DNA of 63,148 bases, counting the filler, from Octopus bimaculoides (taxonomy: Eukaryota): the NCBI RefSeq assembly GCF_001194135.2. It is 5 parts of 4 records of this genome, joined end to end, with 100 filler letters (N's around TTAATTAATTAA, not from the genome) between each part and the next. Parts side by side here need not be neighbours in the genome. Positions count along the whole stretch, not along the records: positions 1 to 15,593 come from NC_068993.1; positions 15,694 to 40,897 come from NC_068999.1; 3 more parts are not named here. The stretch is one strand, 5' to 3'. The notes below the pieces were generated by a model. The model saw only the letters and a program-made list of their open reading frames with translations. It was not told where the DNA came from and ran no database searches. Position 1 is the stretch's first letter, and each line of letters begins with the position of its first letter. Both the position numbers and the translations under genes were made by a program. Positions 12,131 through 25,300 of this stretch are shown here, piece by piece.

Positions 12131-14899
12131 TAGATTTTTTTTCAAAACCTTATTCCACTTTGTATGGCTACAGATCAAACTAGAACCAACTAACCGTTCC
12201 ACAAACTTGGTAACAAACAGGGTGGCCATAGCCATATGGTAGGAACTGACTAAAGTGTCAGAGAACTTCATCTCTCGCTGATTTTCAAAATTCATTGTAC
12301 TTTGATAAGCTTAGGAAGGAGCTTTACCATTATATTTCCATAATCTTTAACTTGCATCAGCAATCTCTTGACAATCATGTTGGTTTTTTGGGGGATTGGT
12401 AGAATTAGTAGAACATAAGAGGAAATACCTTTGGGTATTTGCTTACCAACCTTTACATTCTGCTTAGCTTTGCTTTTTCTTCCTTCTGGGGTCGATGTAG
12501 TGGTAGGTGTGTGTGTGTATGTGGGGGGGGGTATATAGTGACTAAACCCTTGAAGGTAGTGCCTCAGCATGTTTGTAGTAGTCCAGTAATTGAACTAAAA
12601 AATGAAAAAAAAAAAAAAAAAATGCATGATCAATTAATTTCATGAATTTTTCCAGAAAGCGAGACATGAAAAATCTAAAGTAAAGAATATCAAGTGACTG
12701 GGTTCTGTTAAATGTTTGTCTGATGTGGAGTCTTTTACATACTTTATATTTCTATAAGTCTAACTTCAAAGAACTAAATTAGAAAATTTATTTTACAATA
12801 TTTTCCAAATGAAAATGTAGTTTATATCTTTCTTTTTTGATATCTTCATGAATGTCTGGGATTTAAAGAATGGTAATATCTATAATCTCAAACATTTCTC
12901 CCAGTAACTGATGTTAACTTCTATGAGACAAATTCTATTGAAGTTGTCTCTTTATCAAAGAAAATGGAACCATTTTTTACGAGGTACAAAAAGAACAAGT
13001 GTTATTTATTTAAAATTCTGTTAAAAAAAATTTTAAATGAAGAAAACAAACTTCTAAATCTCAACACACGAAGAAAAATATGGATATATTCTTAAAGAGA
13101 TTATCCTTTTTGTATTTATTGCACAAAAAATGTTAAGCTGGTGGATCATTGTGATCCCTTTGTGAGGGTCAATATATGAATTCTGTAAAGGACAATCTCT
13201 TTGAATATATTCTTTCTAATGACACCCCTAATACTAATCTAAAGATATGTCATACCTTGTGATCTTCCTTTTCTTTCTTGATAGTACACTCTATAATGAA
13301 ATGTTAAAAAGTTTCATTGCACTTCTACAACCTGGTATTTGTGTCAGTGACAAAGCATTTTGGCACTTCATAATAGACAGTACTATTAAGAAATAAATGA
13401 AAAGCAAATATAACAGTTTTATTTTTTTGTGTGTTCTTAAATGGCTAAAATGACTCCTCCATGATATAAAGATTTCAGTTTCAACCCATGGTCTCAGATC
13501 AAGTCACTTGCCAAATAAGTACAACTTTAAAAAAAATTATAATTTGTAATCTTCACAAACTTTATTGCATTTCTTTTTGCTATTTTCTTCATCTTCATGC
13601 TAAGATAATGATGAAAGAACATATATATTCTTTGTTTAGCAGAGAATCAACTTTGGTTAAGAATAATAATTTTTATTTTATATTCCTTTCATTAAAGCAT
13701 CGTTAAATTAGAACTTTATTTGTCCAAAATCTATGATTGCTTTTCTAGTGAGTTTTGTTGTTCAAAAAGCAGATATTTGTCTGTAACATTTATCTTTATT
13801 TATTTTTCTTCATAGATTGCATCAATCTGCATATTTTCTTGCATTTTCACATTGTTTAATTATTTTTAATGTTTCCCATACTACCTTATCAAAGGAGACC
13901 AAATTACATATAAATTATGTTAAACTGTGCTCTCTCCCACCCCCTACCCCACAGTAATTGAAAGTTTTTAACAGGACTGACCCTGAATTATTGTTTTATC
14001 AGCTCATTATCACATACTTATGTTATCGGTCATTTTGGTGGCAACTGTGGGGTTTCAGTAGAAAAATAACTTTTGTTTATTTACAATTATTTTTTCTTTT
14101 TTTTAAAGTTTTCCCTACCGATGATCTCAAATGGAAAGTAATTATTATTATTGCCAATTAAATTATAATCAATAGAAATTAATTGGGTGTAAATAAATTA
14201 TTTCTCAATTCTAAAATTTTTTTCTGACAGTTGGACTTTATCTCTTCTTAAACTGAACAATGTTATTCTAACTTATAAGCACAGTATTTTGGTTTCTCCC
14301 AATCTTGACATTATCTTGATTCTATGTCAATTTACTGTCATCCCATTACTGTTCAATTCCGACAGATATGTTCTATTATTTTCTTTGCAAGTACTAAAAG
14401 TACATAAGCCAAAGATTATTATATATAAATATATGTAAATATATATACTATATACATATATATTTTTTCTTCCTCCTTATGATATTTCCTAATACTGTTG
14501 AAATTTACCATTCTTGTTAACAAATATTTTTTAAACTTCCACAAATAGTTCTTTATACACTGATTGGAGAGAATATTTTTTTCTTTTTGTTTTTTGTTCT
14601 TGTAAAGTTAATCCAATTTATTTCATTGGTTCCACAAAAAGTTTGACAATTCTTGAAATTGTTTCATTAGAATCTCACTGAGTCATAGAATTTTTCTTAA
14701 TTCATGTTTTGCTCTATTTTTCTTCTTTTAAGAATCATTGTTAATTCTGTGGAATTATATTTTCTATTAATTCTGAAATTACTGTTCTCTTAGTTTATTT
14801 ATTTATTTGTGACTGGAAGCTGTCGTCTTTCAAATTTGCTATTCTTTTAATAAAGTTTAATTTAGTGCAAATTTCATTTGTCTTTTCATTTTGTCATCG

Positions 14900-15470
14900 T
14901 TGTCATCGTCATCATTTAACGTCTGTTTTCCAAGCTGACATGGGTTGGATGGCTTGACAGGAAGAGTAACAAGTTTAGGGGTCACACCAGGTTCCACAGT
15001 CTGTTTTGGTTTGATTTCTATGGCTGGATTCCCTTCCTAATGCCAACCACTCTACAGAGTGTAACTGGGTGCTCTTTATGTGGCACCATCACTAGTGCTT
15101 TTGCATGGCACCAGCACCCACACTAACACTTTTTATGTGACACCTTGGTTTTAGGATCTTAATTCTGTTATGGTGGATGGGTCTTCTTGAGTACAGCGTC
15201 CCCTTCATAAGGCTCAGCTTTTTGGGATCAGCCTTCAATACTGTGTCCCATGTTTTCCTTAATCTCCCTCTTCCACAACTTACCTCCACTCTAAGTGATT
15301 GTCATGCAACTGCCATCAGCCATCCACATCACATGACCAAACCAGTGCTTCACACCAGCGCTCTGTCACACGAACACTGCACATCCAGCAGAGCTTATCA
15401 GCTTCTTTCCATGCCAGCCTCTGCATGTTCTTCGCGTTCAGAGCCCACGCCTCACCACCATTCATAATTT
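14900..15470 (-). mobile_element. RTE-clade LINE 3' fragment (RT C-terminus + 3' tail)
   Basis: Minus-strand translations GGEAWALNAKNMQRLAWKEADKLCWMCSVRV (cf. YGSETW..RLERNE..MLRWMC) and CGRGRLRKTWDTVLKAD (GRPRKTW motif), followed by the (GAT)n-ending tail. Confidence 0.8.
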
Positions 15471-15593
15471 GCATGTTCTTCGCGTTCAGAGCCCACGTCT
15501 CACCACCATTCATAATTTGCATGTTCTTCGCGTTCAGAGCCCACGTCTCACCACCATTCATAATTTGCATGTTCTTCGCGTTCAGAGCCCACG
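15423..15593. repeat. 48 bp tandem repeat, 3.5 copies, running into a gap
   Basis: Unit gcatgttcttcgcgttcagagcccacgtctcaccaccattcataattt at 15423, 15471, 15519 and 15567 (partial). Confidence 0.95.
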
Positions 15594-15637
15594 NNNNNNN
15601 NNNNNNNNNNNNNNNNNNNNNNNNNNNNNNNNNNNNN

Positions 15638-15649
15638 TTAATTAATTAA
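15638..15649. other. TTAATTAATTAA six-frame-stop filler inside an N gap (assembly artefact; also 40942-40953, 44949-44960, 57256-57267)
   Basis: The identical 12-mer is found four times, each fully embedded in N runs. Confidence 0.95.
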
Positions 15650-15894
15650 NNNNNNNNNNNNNNNNNNNNNNNNNNNNNNNNNNNNNNNNNNNNCTATGTG
15701 GCTTGTGTGTTTTCTCGTCTACGTTTTGTTTGCAATGTCCTGTACCCAGATATGCACCTATACATACAGGTGGATGTCGGTACGGACATACCTGTACGTA
15801 TATATGCATATACTCATTTACTATTTGTTTATATATATATATATATATATATATATGGACAATGGACGTTAAATGATGATGATGATGATGATGA

Positions 15895-16235
15895 TATATC
15901 TATCTTTTACTTGTTTCAATCATTTGACTGCAGCCATGCTGGGGTGTTTCCTTGAAGAATTTCTAGTTGAATAAATTGACCCCCAGCACTTGTTTTTAAA
16001 GCTTGGTATCTATTCTATAAGTTCCTCTTGCTGAACTGCTAAGTTTTGGGGACATAACACACCAACATCAGTTGTCATGCAGTAGTGAGGACAAACACAG
16101 ACATAATGATACACATATAGGACAGGCTTCTTTCAATTTCCATCTATCAAATTCACTCATAAGGCCTGAGGTTATAATAGAAGACATTTGCCCAAGTTGT
16201 CACCATGTGGTTGGGAAGCACATTTCTTACCATAC
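15895..16235 (-). mobile_element. tRNA-derived SINE family A, degenerate
   Basis: Reverse-complement match to the well-preserved copy at 48522-48990 (atcttttacttgtttcaatcatttgactgcagccatgctgg...). Confidence 0.75.
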
Positions 16236-16248
16236 AGCCATGCCTGCA

Positions 16249-16287
<39 letters not shown>

Positions 16288-16362
16288 TACACTTCAAATT
16301 TAGCCATACACTCATACAAAGTTGCATACACAAACATATATATACACATATATATGTGTGTG

Positions 16363-16421
<59 letters not shown>

Positions 16422-16663
16422 GGCAGCCACTTGCTAGACATTTTAATGCAAGGGAGGTAACCTCACAACGAGTGGCAAAATCACATATTTAAATATGAAA
16501 TTATGGAATATCAGGAAGAAGATACATAGAATCCACATATTAATTTTTTTTTTTTGTCCATTACAAAGTTTTTATAATTTTTTGTTGGTGTTAATCATTT
16601 ATAGCACTATTTCATTCTCTTTAGAAATCTTCAGTACAAATTAACCTGTAAATTATTAATAAT

Positions 16664-17188
16664 TTTGTTAAGGTTATTTCTACAGAAATTATAGCCAGCA
16701 CTGATTTTTTGATACAACATTTCGTATCAAGACATTAGATGTAAACAAACAATGAGATTAGAGACAAAATTGGGTAATAAGTGTATATGCCATATTTCAG
16801 GGATTTTTTCCCCTTCATCAGCACCCATCTAACCTACTCTTACCTCCGAACATATTGCTTACATAACCGCCATATACAGCGGTGTTAAGTTATTGGATAT
16901 ACCGATTTACATATTAAATACATTCCTGGGGCTGGTATGTAAATATTAATGACTCATAGGTACGTAGTATTTCATTACGCAACCATAATATACTACAAAG
17001 TATATTAAATGCTTTTACGAGTAAACACCACATTCTACTGTGTTAGCAGTGTTCTTTACATTACTTTGTTAAGGTTATTTCTACAGAAATTATAGCCAGC
17101 ACTGATTTTTTGCTACAGTGTTTCATATGAAGATGTCAAATGTAAACAATCAATGAGATTGGAGACAAAAATAGGTAAAAATGTATAT
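16664..17188. repeat. ~125 bp direct repeats (16664-16788, 17065-17188) around a spacer with a decayed hammerhead-like core
   Basis: The first ~47 nt are identical and the remainder is diverged. Minus strand 16821-16791 reads CTGATGA-AGGGG-AAAAAA-TCCCT-GAAA-TATG. Confidence 0.8.
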
Positions 17189-17975
17189 TAGAAATAGAGG
17201 CATTACATTAAAATTGAAGATGAAATTTATCACAGTCTCGATGAAACTCATGGAATGATTTTTTTTCTTTTTCTTCAGAGAACATTAGTAGTTTAGGAAT
17301 CAAGAGAAAGAAAGAATGTTCTTCATGCTTATGTACAAAGTAATAGCTGTTTGCAGAATTCTTCCTTAGAAAAGTATTTTAAAATAGCCAATAGCTTCAA
17401 CATCAGCTACAAATGATTTCACAAGCAATTTTCAATATAATGTCCTTCGTGTAGTCAAGCAAACAAACATACATTCATATACTTGTGTGTGTGTGTGTGT
17501 GTATTCAATGGGAGGGAACTAGCTCTAATTGATAACGTTATTCTTTGATAGAATAATAAACAATAATTATCTATAACATTTTTGTGTAAACAATTATTAT
17601 ATCACTTATTCATATCTCTCTATTCTAACTGTCCTATGACATATTTGATGGAGAAAAACTTTCAGGTGACATTCTTACACTACTCTCACATGAGTATAAT
17701 ACATGAATGTCGACCAAATGAACTTGTACATAAACGGATAACATTCTGAGCTACATTCCTACTTTGCAAACAAACTACTTTTTGTAACAATGGCAAGAAC
17801 AGACATAGTTCACCCCACAGCTCCATACACTATACCGACCCAATGTGAAGCTGGTCAAATGTCTTCCTATATTTTAAAAGATGATTGAATTATAATTAAT
17901 TCTAATGTACTCTCTGTGCATTTTCAACTTCATTTCTTCCATTCCTCCTTTTCTTTCAATTAATAGCAATTTACG

Positions 17976-18026
<51 letters not shown>

Positions 18027-18321
18027 TAAAATTTCCATATATACATATATAATTGATGAAGGAAACGGAAGTGGGATTTAGCATGAATCTTTATTCAGCA
18101 TGATGATCATTTTATCCTGCCCTGCATCTGTCTCATAGAGGTAGGATATTGTGCATCTGGTTGTGTCGCATCAATCAGTGTAAGCTGTGTTACTTAAGGT
18201 TCTTAGTATAGAAAAAGATACGGTGAAAATTATATCATAACTGTGAATGACATCAGGTAGCTCAAACAGTGAATGTGCTTTAATCAACATACTAATTGAC
18301 ATACACCCAAAGTCCAAGTAG

Positions 18322-18368
<47 letters not shown>

Positions 18369-18441
18369 CATACTCATACTTCATTTTTGTATCTGGTTTG
18401 CATGATTCTTTATGTGAATTCGTGTGTTGAAACAAATTTTG

Positions 18442-18619
18442 TTATGTCTAGGGAGAGTCATACTACCCTAATATCTAACAGACTCACTGGTTCAATTTTC
18501 ACTCATTTATTATTCATATTTCTCTTAAGAAAATGGAAAATATAAATAATAAGTGAGTGGAAATTGAACCAGTGAGTGCGTTAGATATTAAGGCAGTATT
18601 ACTCTCCCCAAGCACATAA
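18442..18619. repeat. Inverted repeat/hairpin (~75 bp arms)
   Basis: gggagagtcatactaccctaatatctaacagactcactggttcaattttcactcatttatt pairs with aataagtgagtggaaattgaaccagtgagtgcgttagatattaaggcagtattactctccc. Confidence 0.85.
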
Positions 18620-19289
18620 ATATATATATTTCTATGCATGCATGTGTGAGTGAGGATATGTTTCAATCTAAATAAACATAGTGTATTTATTGTAAGAAAC
18701 CTTCATAAAAGTCCACAGTTACTTTATTTACTTTAATTGGACCAAATTTCTGTATCTCAGTTTTCCAACCTATATATTGTCTTTTAAATGTATTTGGAGG
18801 TTGAGTGTAAGCTGTTGCACCATTCCCTTGAACGTTGTGTACTTTGTACTTTTATGTATATATTGATATTTGTTTCAAGATGTCTTGAATTATGTTTTGA
18901 AATGCATTCCTTTAGTAAATATATATGCATTGAATGTGCATGTGTTTGTATGTTTGTGGCACTGTGTGTATGTGTGTCAGTATGAGTATATGCAAACATG
19001 CACATATATTATTTGTGTGTATATATATGTGTGTGTATACAATTTTGTATGTGTGTATATATATGTGCACATATGTGTGTCCTATTAGCTGGCACATTTC
19101 CAACAGTCGACCACATACCGTGTACAGTGAGATGATAAACAACAATTACAGTACTACTATAGCTAACAATACATAGGATAGAGTAGGGTGGGATCGGGTA
19201 GGGTGGAATGGGGTGAGGTGGGGGTAATGGTGGAGATGAGAAAATGAGGGAAAGCAGAGAGGAATCAATGTGGAACATAAAGATTATGA

Positions 19290-19640
19290 TAAAGAAGATA
19301 AAGAAGATGAAATGTGAAAGGTGTTGTGAGTGATGACGCTGCTGCTGATGACAATGATGATGATCATCAAGGTGGTGGTTGTAGTGGTGGTGTTGGTTGT
19401 GGTGGTGGTGGTGGTGGTGATGGTGATGACGACAATGATCAAGATGGTGGTTTTGGTGGTGGTGATGATGGTTGTGATGGCGGTGATGGTAATAGTGGTG
19501 GTGGTACTGCTGCTGATGAAGAAAATAGTGGTAGTAGTGGTGTGTGTGTGTGTGTGTGTGCGTGCGTGCATGTGCATGTAGTGATGTTGATGATGATGAT
19601 GTTGAGGGTGGTGGTAGTGCTGATACATGACACACACCAC
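19290..19640. repeat. (GAT)/(GGT)/(TG) low-complexity tract
   Basis: Direct reading. It explains the His/Gly/Val-rich ORFs. Confidence 0.9.
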
Positions 19641-20229
19641 ACACACATCCACACAACCATTAAATGCTCTTAATATTCCCACTGAACCAAATGTGTTTTT
19701 AAGTCAATTTCAACTGTTGACATTCCTTATAAACCCTTCCACTTCTTCTACATCACTAACTATATGGGGAAAGTGATGAACATCACACAATCTCCTTCCT
19801 GTCTTACTTGCTTCATTATTCATTTCTGCTCCGTTAGCATCGTGCCAACTCGAGAAATCAATATTTGTGGCAATATGAAATGTAGATGTTCAGAAACAAA
19901 TCTCTTATTTATACGGGCTGGGATAGGTGGTGAGGGAGGTAGTGGAGATGGGGGCAAGAGGGGAGGAGGTGGAGGACTAAGAGAATATATTAGAGATAGC
20001 AGTAACAGGGGGGGGAGTGTTATATAGAGAGTACATCATTACATATACATATCTGTGCATCTAACAGTAACAGAGAGTATAGAGAAAGTAGATCAAGACA
20101 TACAGACATACATACGTATTTATATATATGTATGTGTAAACATACACATATATACGTATATATGTATGCATAGATATATATGTATATATGTACACACACA
20201 TGTGTGCACACACACACACACACACACAT

Positions 20230-20570
20230 ATAGGAGCAGGCATGGCTGTGTGGTTATGAAGTTTGCTTTCAATCACATGGTTTTGGGTTCAATCCCACTA
20301 CATAGCACCTTAGGCAAGTGTCTTCTATTATAGTCCTGGGCTAACCAAAGCCTTGTGAGTGGATTTGATAGATGGATACTGAAAAAATCCCATTGTGTGT
20401 TTTTGTCTCTTTGTCTTGACAGCATCTATGTGAAAACATGTCTGGCCATTGGAAAATATAACTCTACTTGGTAGAAGGAAGGGCTCTGGCTGTAGAAAAT
20501 CTGCCTCAATGAATTCTACTTCTGTTAACTCCATGTGTGCATGAAAAAGTGAATGTTAGACCTATGATGT
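20230..20570 (+). mobile_element. tRNA-derived SINE family A head joined to RTE-type tail, CpG-depleted
   Basis: ggagcaggcatggctgtgtggtt...gggttcaatccc...accttaggcaagtgtcttc...aaagccttgtgagtggatttg. Confidence 0.8.
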
Positions 20571-21490
20571 TTGTGTGTATGTGTGTGTGTATAACAATGA
20601 CAATGAGCAAACTAGAGGGAATGATTATAGGCCTGTGATTAAAAGGTGTTCCAGCTATGATGATTCCATCTTTTACTCAGGCATAATAAATCTAGGACTA
20701 CATTTTCTCATGTATTGTTCTTGTTTTTTGTTTTTGTTTTTTTGTTTTTTCCATTCACTAAGTTCAACTGCATTGAGGAATGGAGAATTTAATGTTTGGA
20801 GTCCTTGATATAAAATGAAGGACATAAATTGGTGTTGGCTTGAGGGCAGCAGGTAAATTGGAAGGAATTTAAATAAAGGAAGTGGGTGAGTAGGTGAAAA
20901 GCCAAGTGAGAAGGATAGAAATCTGGGATGGGAGATGAATGACAGTAGGGGAATTAAGTTTAGAGAGAGAAAGATAGAACATATGTAACATGTCAGTTTG
21001 AAGGAGGAAGTAGTGTAAGTAAAGGGAGAGGGAAACAAAGACTACATCCAAAAGTAAAGGAGGGAGGAGACAGCAATCAACCACACCCAGAAATAATGGG
21101 AGGAGGAGACAAAGACCAATTACTCTTAAAAGTAGAGGGAGGGGAGAAGTGAAGAGGAAAGAGAAAAAAACTAACCAGACCCATAAATAAAGGGAAGGGG
21201 AATATAGACTGACCACACCCAGTAGTAAAAGGAGAGGAGACCTCAACCAGTAGTGAAGTGACTGAAAGAGAAAGGTCAGTTGCACTACAGAAAGGAAGGT
21301 GGAAAGTGAGCTAGTAGTAATGAAAGAGAAAGAGGGAGAGAGAGAGAGAGAGAGAACAAGAGGGAGAGAGAGCAAGAGAGACTAACCACACCCAGTAGTA
21401 AAGGGAAGGAGGGACAAAAACCAATCACATTAGAAATAAAAGGCAAAGGAGATAAGGATCAACCACATCTGGACAGCCATTTAATGTTAG

Positions 21491-21625
21491 CCTGTGGCAG
21501 TAGAGACCACTGGCATTCTTGGTCCCCAGCTATATCCCTGCTCACCACTATCAGGGTGGAAATGGCCATCTGCGAGTCCCATGAGTCAGAGTGGCTGTTC
21601 CAGCACATCTCCTTTGCCATCTTCT
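21491..21625 (+). mobile_element. CRE-like (REL-endonuclease) non-LTR retrotransposon C-terminal fragment
   Basis: PVAVETTGILGP followed after a frameshift by HESEWLFQHISFAI, matching the PVAxETxGxxG...RExxWLFQR(I/L)SxA motif. Confidence 0.6.
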
Positions 21626-22249
21626 ATTCTCTCTGCTGGGACCATGAGGCAGTTTGAATTACAGGAAATTGTATGTTCCACTCCTTAATTGTGAAGTTAC
21701 TTCGTATAAATTTTCTCTTATGTTATCAACTCTGAAAAGATGTGCTTAAATGAAAGACACTCATCTTCTTGATATATAGAGATGATGTGAGATGGAAGAA
21801 GGTAATTCCTTCTTATATATTTACCCACAACCAAAGGGACAATGTCATCTTCCCATATTTTCACACTCAGGTGAAACACAAGAGCTGAACTGCTACAGTC
21901 TTTACTTCTCATGGCAACTGAACCTATCAAATATTTCAATAAAGTCTCTGAAAGACTGAAATATTCTGTTTCATGATTAACTGGTATTTATGTGGGGCAG
22001 TGGTGTTATTTTAGGATGTGATTAACGGAGAAAGAGTTAATATTGTAATGTTTTACTATCAATTCCATTTTCTGTACAGAGTTAGAAATAGCGATGAAAT
22101 GTCCCTCATATCACACTGTATCAAAGAAATGATACATTTAAAAAAAGAAAAGATAAAAAGATGAGTTGGTCAAGGTTGGAATGTCTTTGATCGTAGGTCT
22201 GTAGGTTCAGGATTCATCTAGCCTAAAAAAGAATACAACTACAACCATG

Positions 22250-22490
22250 AATATTGGTTTCCAATTTTGACACAAGACCAGAGATTTGGGGGGAAGGGTC
22301 CAAATCAATTAAATTGACCCCAGTGTTCAACCGGTACTTATTTTACTGACCCTGAAAGGATCAAAGGCAAAGTTGATCTTAGCAGAATTTGAACACAGGA
22401 CATAAAGACAGATGAAATGCTGTTTAGTATTTTCCCCAGCATGTAAACGATTTTGCCCACTTGACACCTTCATATAAGCATTAATATCAA
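22250..22490 (-). mobile_element. SINE family B
   Basis: Reverse complement of the 6953-7632 units (tttgacacaagaccag...ccagtgttcaaccggtacttatttt...gaatttgaacacagg). Confidence 0.75.
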
Positions 22491-23319
22491 CTGGGAGTAA
22501 ACTTCTGTCTTTCATCTTTTACCTGTTTTAGTTTCTCTTTGTCTCTTTTGCCAAACCACTAATTTGCAGGACATAAAGAAACCAATAACGATTATCAAGG
22601 TGTTGTGTGGAGATAAACACAAAGACACACAGACACACACACATGCACACATATACCCCCCTACCACCACACACACACATAACAGAGGGCTTCTACATAG
22701 TTTCCATCTACTAAATTCACTCAAAAGGTATTGGCTGGTTTGGGGTTATAGGTGTTTGACATTGTTCTGGTGTTGAAGAATTTGGAAGGTAGAATCCTCA
22801 ACCCTTTCTTCTTGACTTCATAAAACTAGGATATTGGGTAATTAATAAATTATTTTAAAATTATCTTAAAAAGTGCTGAAATGTGTTGGACTTTAAGTAG
22901 AAGATTAGGGTGTGTCAATGGAAATGTAACATTAGTAATAATCTTTCAGAAATTCTAAATACAGTCCAAGAACAAAAAAAAATGGAAGAGGAATTGAAGT
23001 GAAGAAATAAGAGATGGTTAAACATCAATAATGCACATTCTTTAAAGAAATTATTCCTAATTATATGGAGAGTAATTTGTGAAAGATCTGCAATGAAGTA
23101 AACTAATCAGTAGAATTTTTGAGTGGACAATTCTTGGTTAAGATCTAGTCATTTTTTTTTCTTTCGTTTTGTAATTAGTGAGTACAACCCATGCCAACAT
23201 GGAAAACGAATGTTAAAGAATGATGATGATGATGATGAGTACAGCAAAATAGCAGAAATATTAGAATAATGGCACCAAACACCAAACTAAATGTCTTACA
23301 GTATCTAGTTATTGGTTAG

Positions 23320-23520
23320 TGCAGATTCATTAGTATGCTGGGCAAAATGCTTACCAACATTTCATCTATCTTTACATTCAGAGTTTAAATCCTGCCAAGG
23401 TCAACTCTGCTTTTCATCTTTTTGGAGTTGATAGAATAGTACCAGTCACGTATTGGTGTCAAAGTTAATTGACTAACCCCCTCCTCCAACTTTTCTGGCC
23501 TTGTGCCTATAGTAGAAAGG
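23320..23520 (+). mobile_element. SINE family B
   Basis: gggcaaaatgctta...ttctggccttgtgcctatagtagaaagg. Confidence 0.75.
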
Positions 23521-24899
23521 AGTCTTTAGTTATTGTTTAATTCCAGGTCAGTCCCAATGCAGCAGCAAACCTAATTAAAGGTCTTCCACCTGTGACCATT
23601 CTTATATCCATGTCTATCGTTATGAATTGACGATCATTAGAGCAGGTTAGAATACCTTATGGTATTTTTTGCAAGTATCTGCACTTTGGGTTCAAATCCC
23701 ACTCATGTCATCTTCACTCTTCATTATTTTAGGATTAATCAAATGAAGCATCAATCAATTGCTTGAGTTATTTATTCTCTCCCTTGAATTAGTTACATTG
23801 TACTTCCAGAAGGGTCATTGTGATTCACTCTCTGTGTTCATTTTTCAGATTTAGAGGATGGCTGAGTGAGAGGCCATCAATATCTCATACAAAACTGATA
23901 TGCTACTGAATACTTTCAGTATTGCCTGGCACAGTAATAAACAACATATAACTTTCCATTGCATTTGGAGGAAGTGAGCCAATTTGCATTGTTGTTTCTT
24001 GAAGTGCTGCGTCATTTCCAGACTTTTATGCAAATCTGTTGTTACACAGTACAGAGTCCCTGATGATAACACTGTGTAACACTATTTTTGACCTTGAGCG
24101 ACAACTGTTATTTCCTATTTGCTGACCCCTAGAAAGTATGCAAAAGTACTATTTCCTTCAGACTTTGATTTTATTATGATATTAATTCAAACCTCAAAGA
24201 ATCACTCTCACCACATGGCTATGATCCCCCACCCCATTACTCCTGCTCATGACCAGAGATGCATATGTCGCCAACCACTTAAGGACATGCTCAAGTGGTT
24301 AAGGTCGAGCAACCAACAAGCAAATTTGTGGTACTGAGCAGAATATTTGCTATAACAATACTTCTGACACAGCAACTCAGTGTTGGATCTGTCTGAAATG
24401 TAATGGAAAATAGGTCAGTTTCAAAACATTTCCTTTGATTTCTAAATAGAAGCAAATAGGAAGTAACACTTAATAACCAAAGACAAAAAGAAAATAAATA
24501 AAAATTTTGTTACACAGTGTAATAGATGCAAATAATAATCTATAGCTTGGGTAGAAGAGCTGTAAGTTTCTCAATAGTTCCCTGTAGATGTTCTCTGCTT
24601 TCAACTTTTTTAGTGGAAGCATTCATGTTTAGTGAAGGTGCATGGCCTAGCAGTTAGGAGTGAGTGAGGTGTTTTGTTTTTGAGCGAAACACTTCTTTTC
24701 ATGTTGCTCTTGTGCTTGTGAGGACCAGCATGTCAGAGAATAGACCCAATGTTTCCTCTGCATGCTGTGAATGAGGTCAGGTAGGATTTGCACTCCAGCC
24801 TTGAAAAATCCTCACCAGCAATGATTACCCAAACAGACCCATGGGTTGTAGAGTCATCACCTGAGTGGTGCAAAGGTGCCATCCACCAGGAGTAGGGGA

Positions 24900-25300
24900 T
24901 CACCAACAAATGGTAGAGGCAGTGATGCACTGTTACAGTGCATGTGCCTATACTATTAGTATTCATGTCTGTTGGGAAGCAGTGTGTTCATACCTGCTAC
25001 AGCAGTGCATGACTTTCGTTTTCTGTCCTTTTGGAACAACATCAGGTCTGCTATGTGTGCTCTGGATTATTGTTTTTATTGGAATGTTCCACCAATATTT
25101 CTTATATTTATTACTGTGAATATGTTCCAGCTGTCATGTGCTTTGGTATGATTGTTGGGATAGTACTTTCTGCAAATAACTTCAAATCCTTTACACTCGT
25201 ATAGGAGTCATTGTCTTCACCTCGTCTTTATAATATTTTGACTTCTACATAAGTCATATGTTGTTGCTTTTACAAATTCTGTTTGCAACTTTACTTATTT
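24900..25300 (-). mobile_element. R4/Dong-like LINE REL-endonuclease fragment
   Basis: Minus translation KYWWNIPIKTIIQSTHSRPDVV (25097-25035), the RPD motif of REL endonucleases. Confidence 0.55.

Noticed and set aside
17279-17343. Strong acceptor followed by NISSLGIKRKKECSSCLCTK*
   Set aside because: Too short, with no linked upstream exon or recognisable homology.
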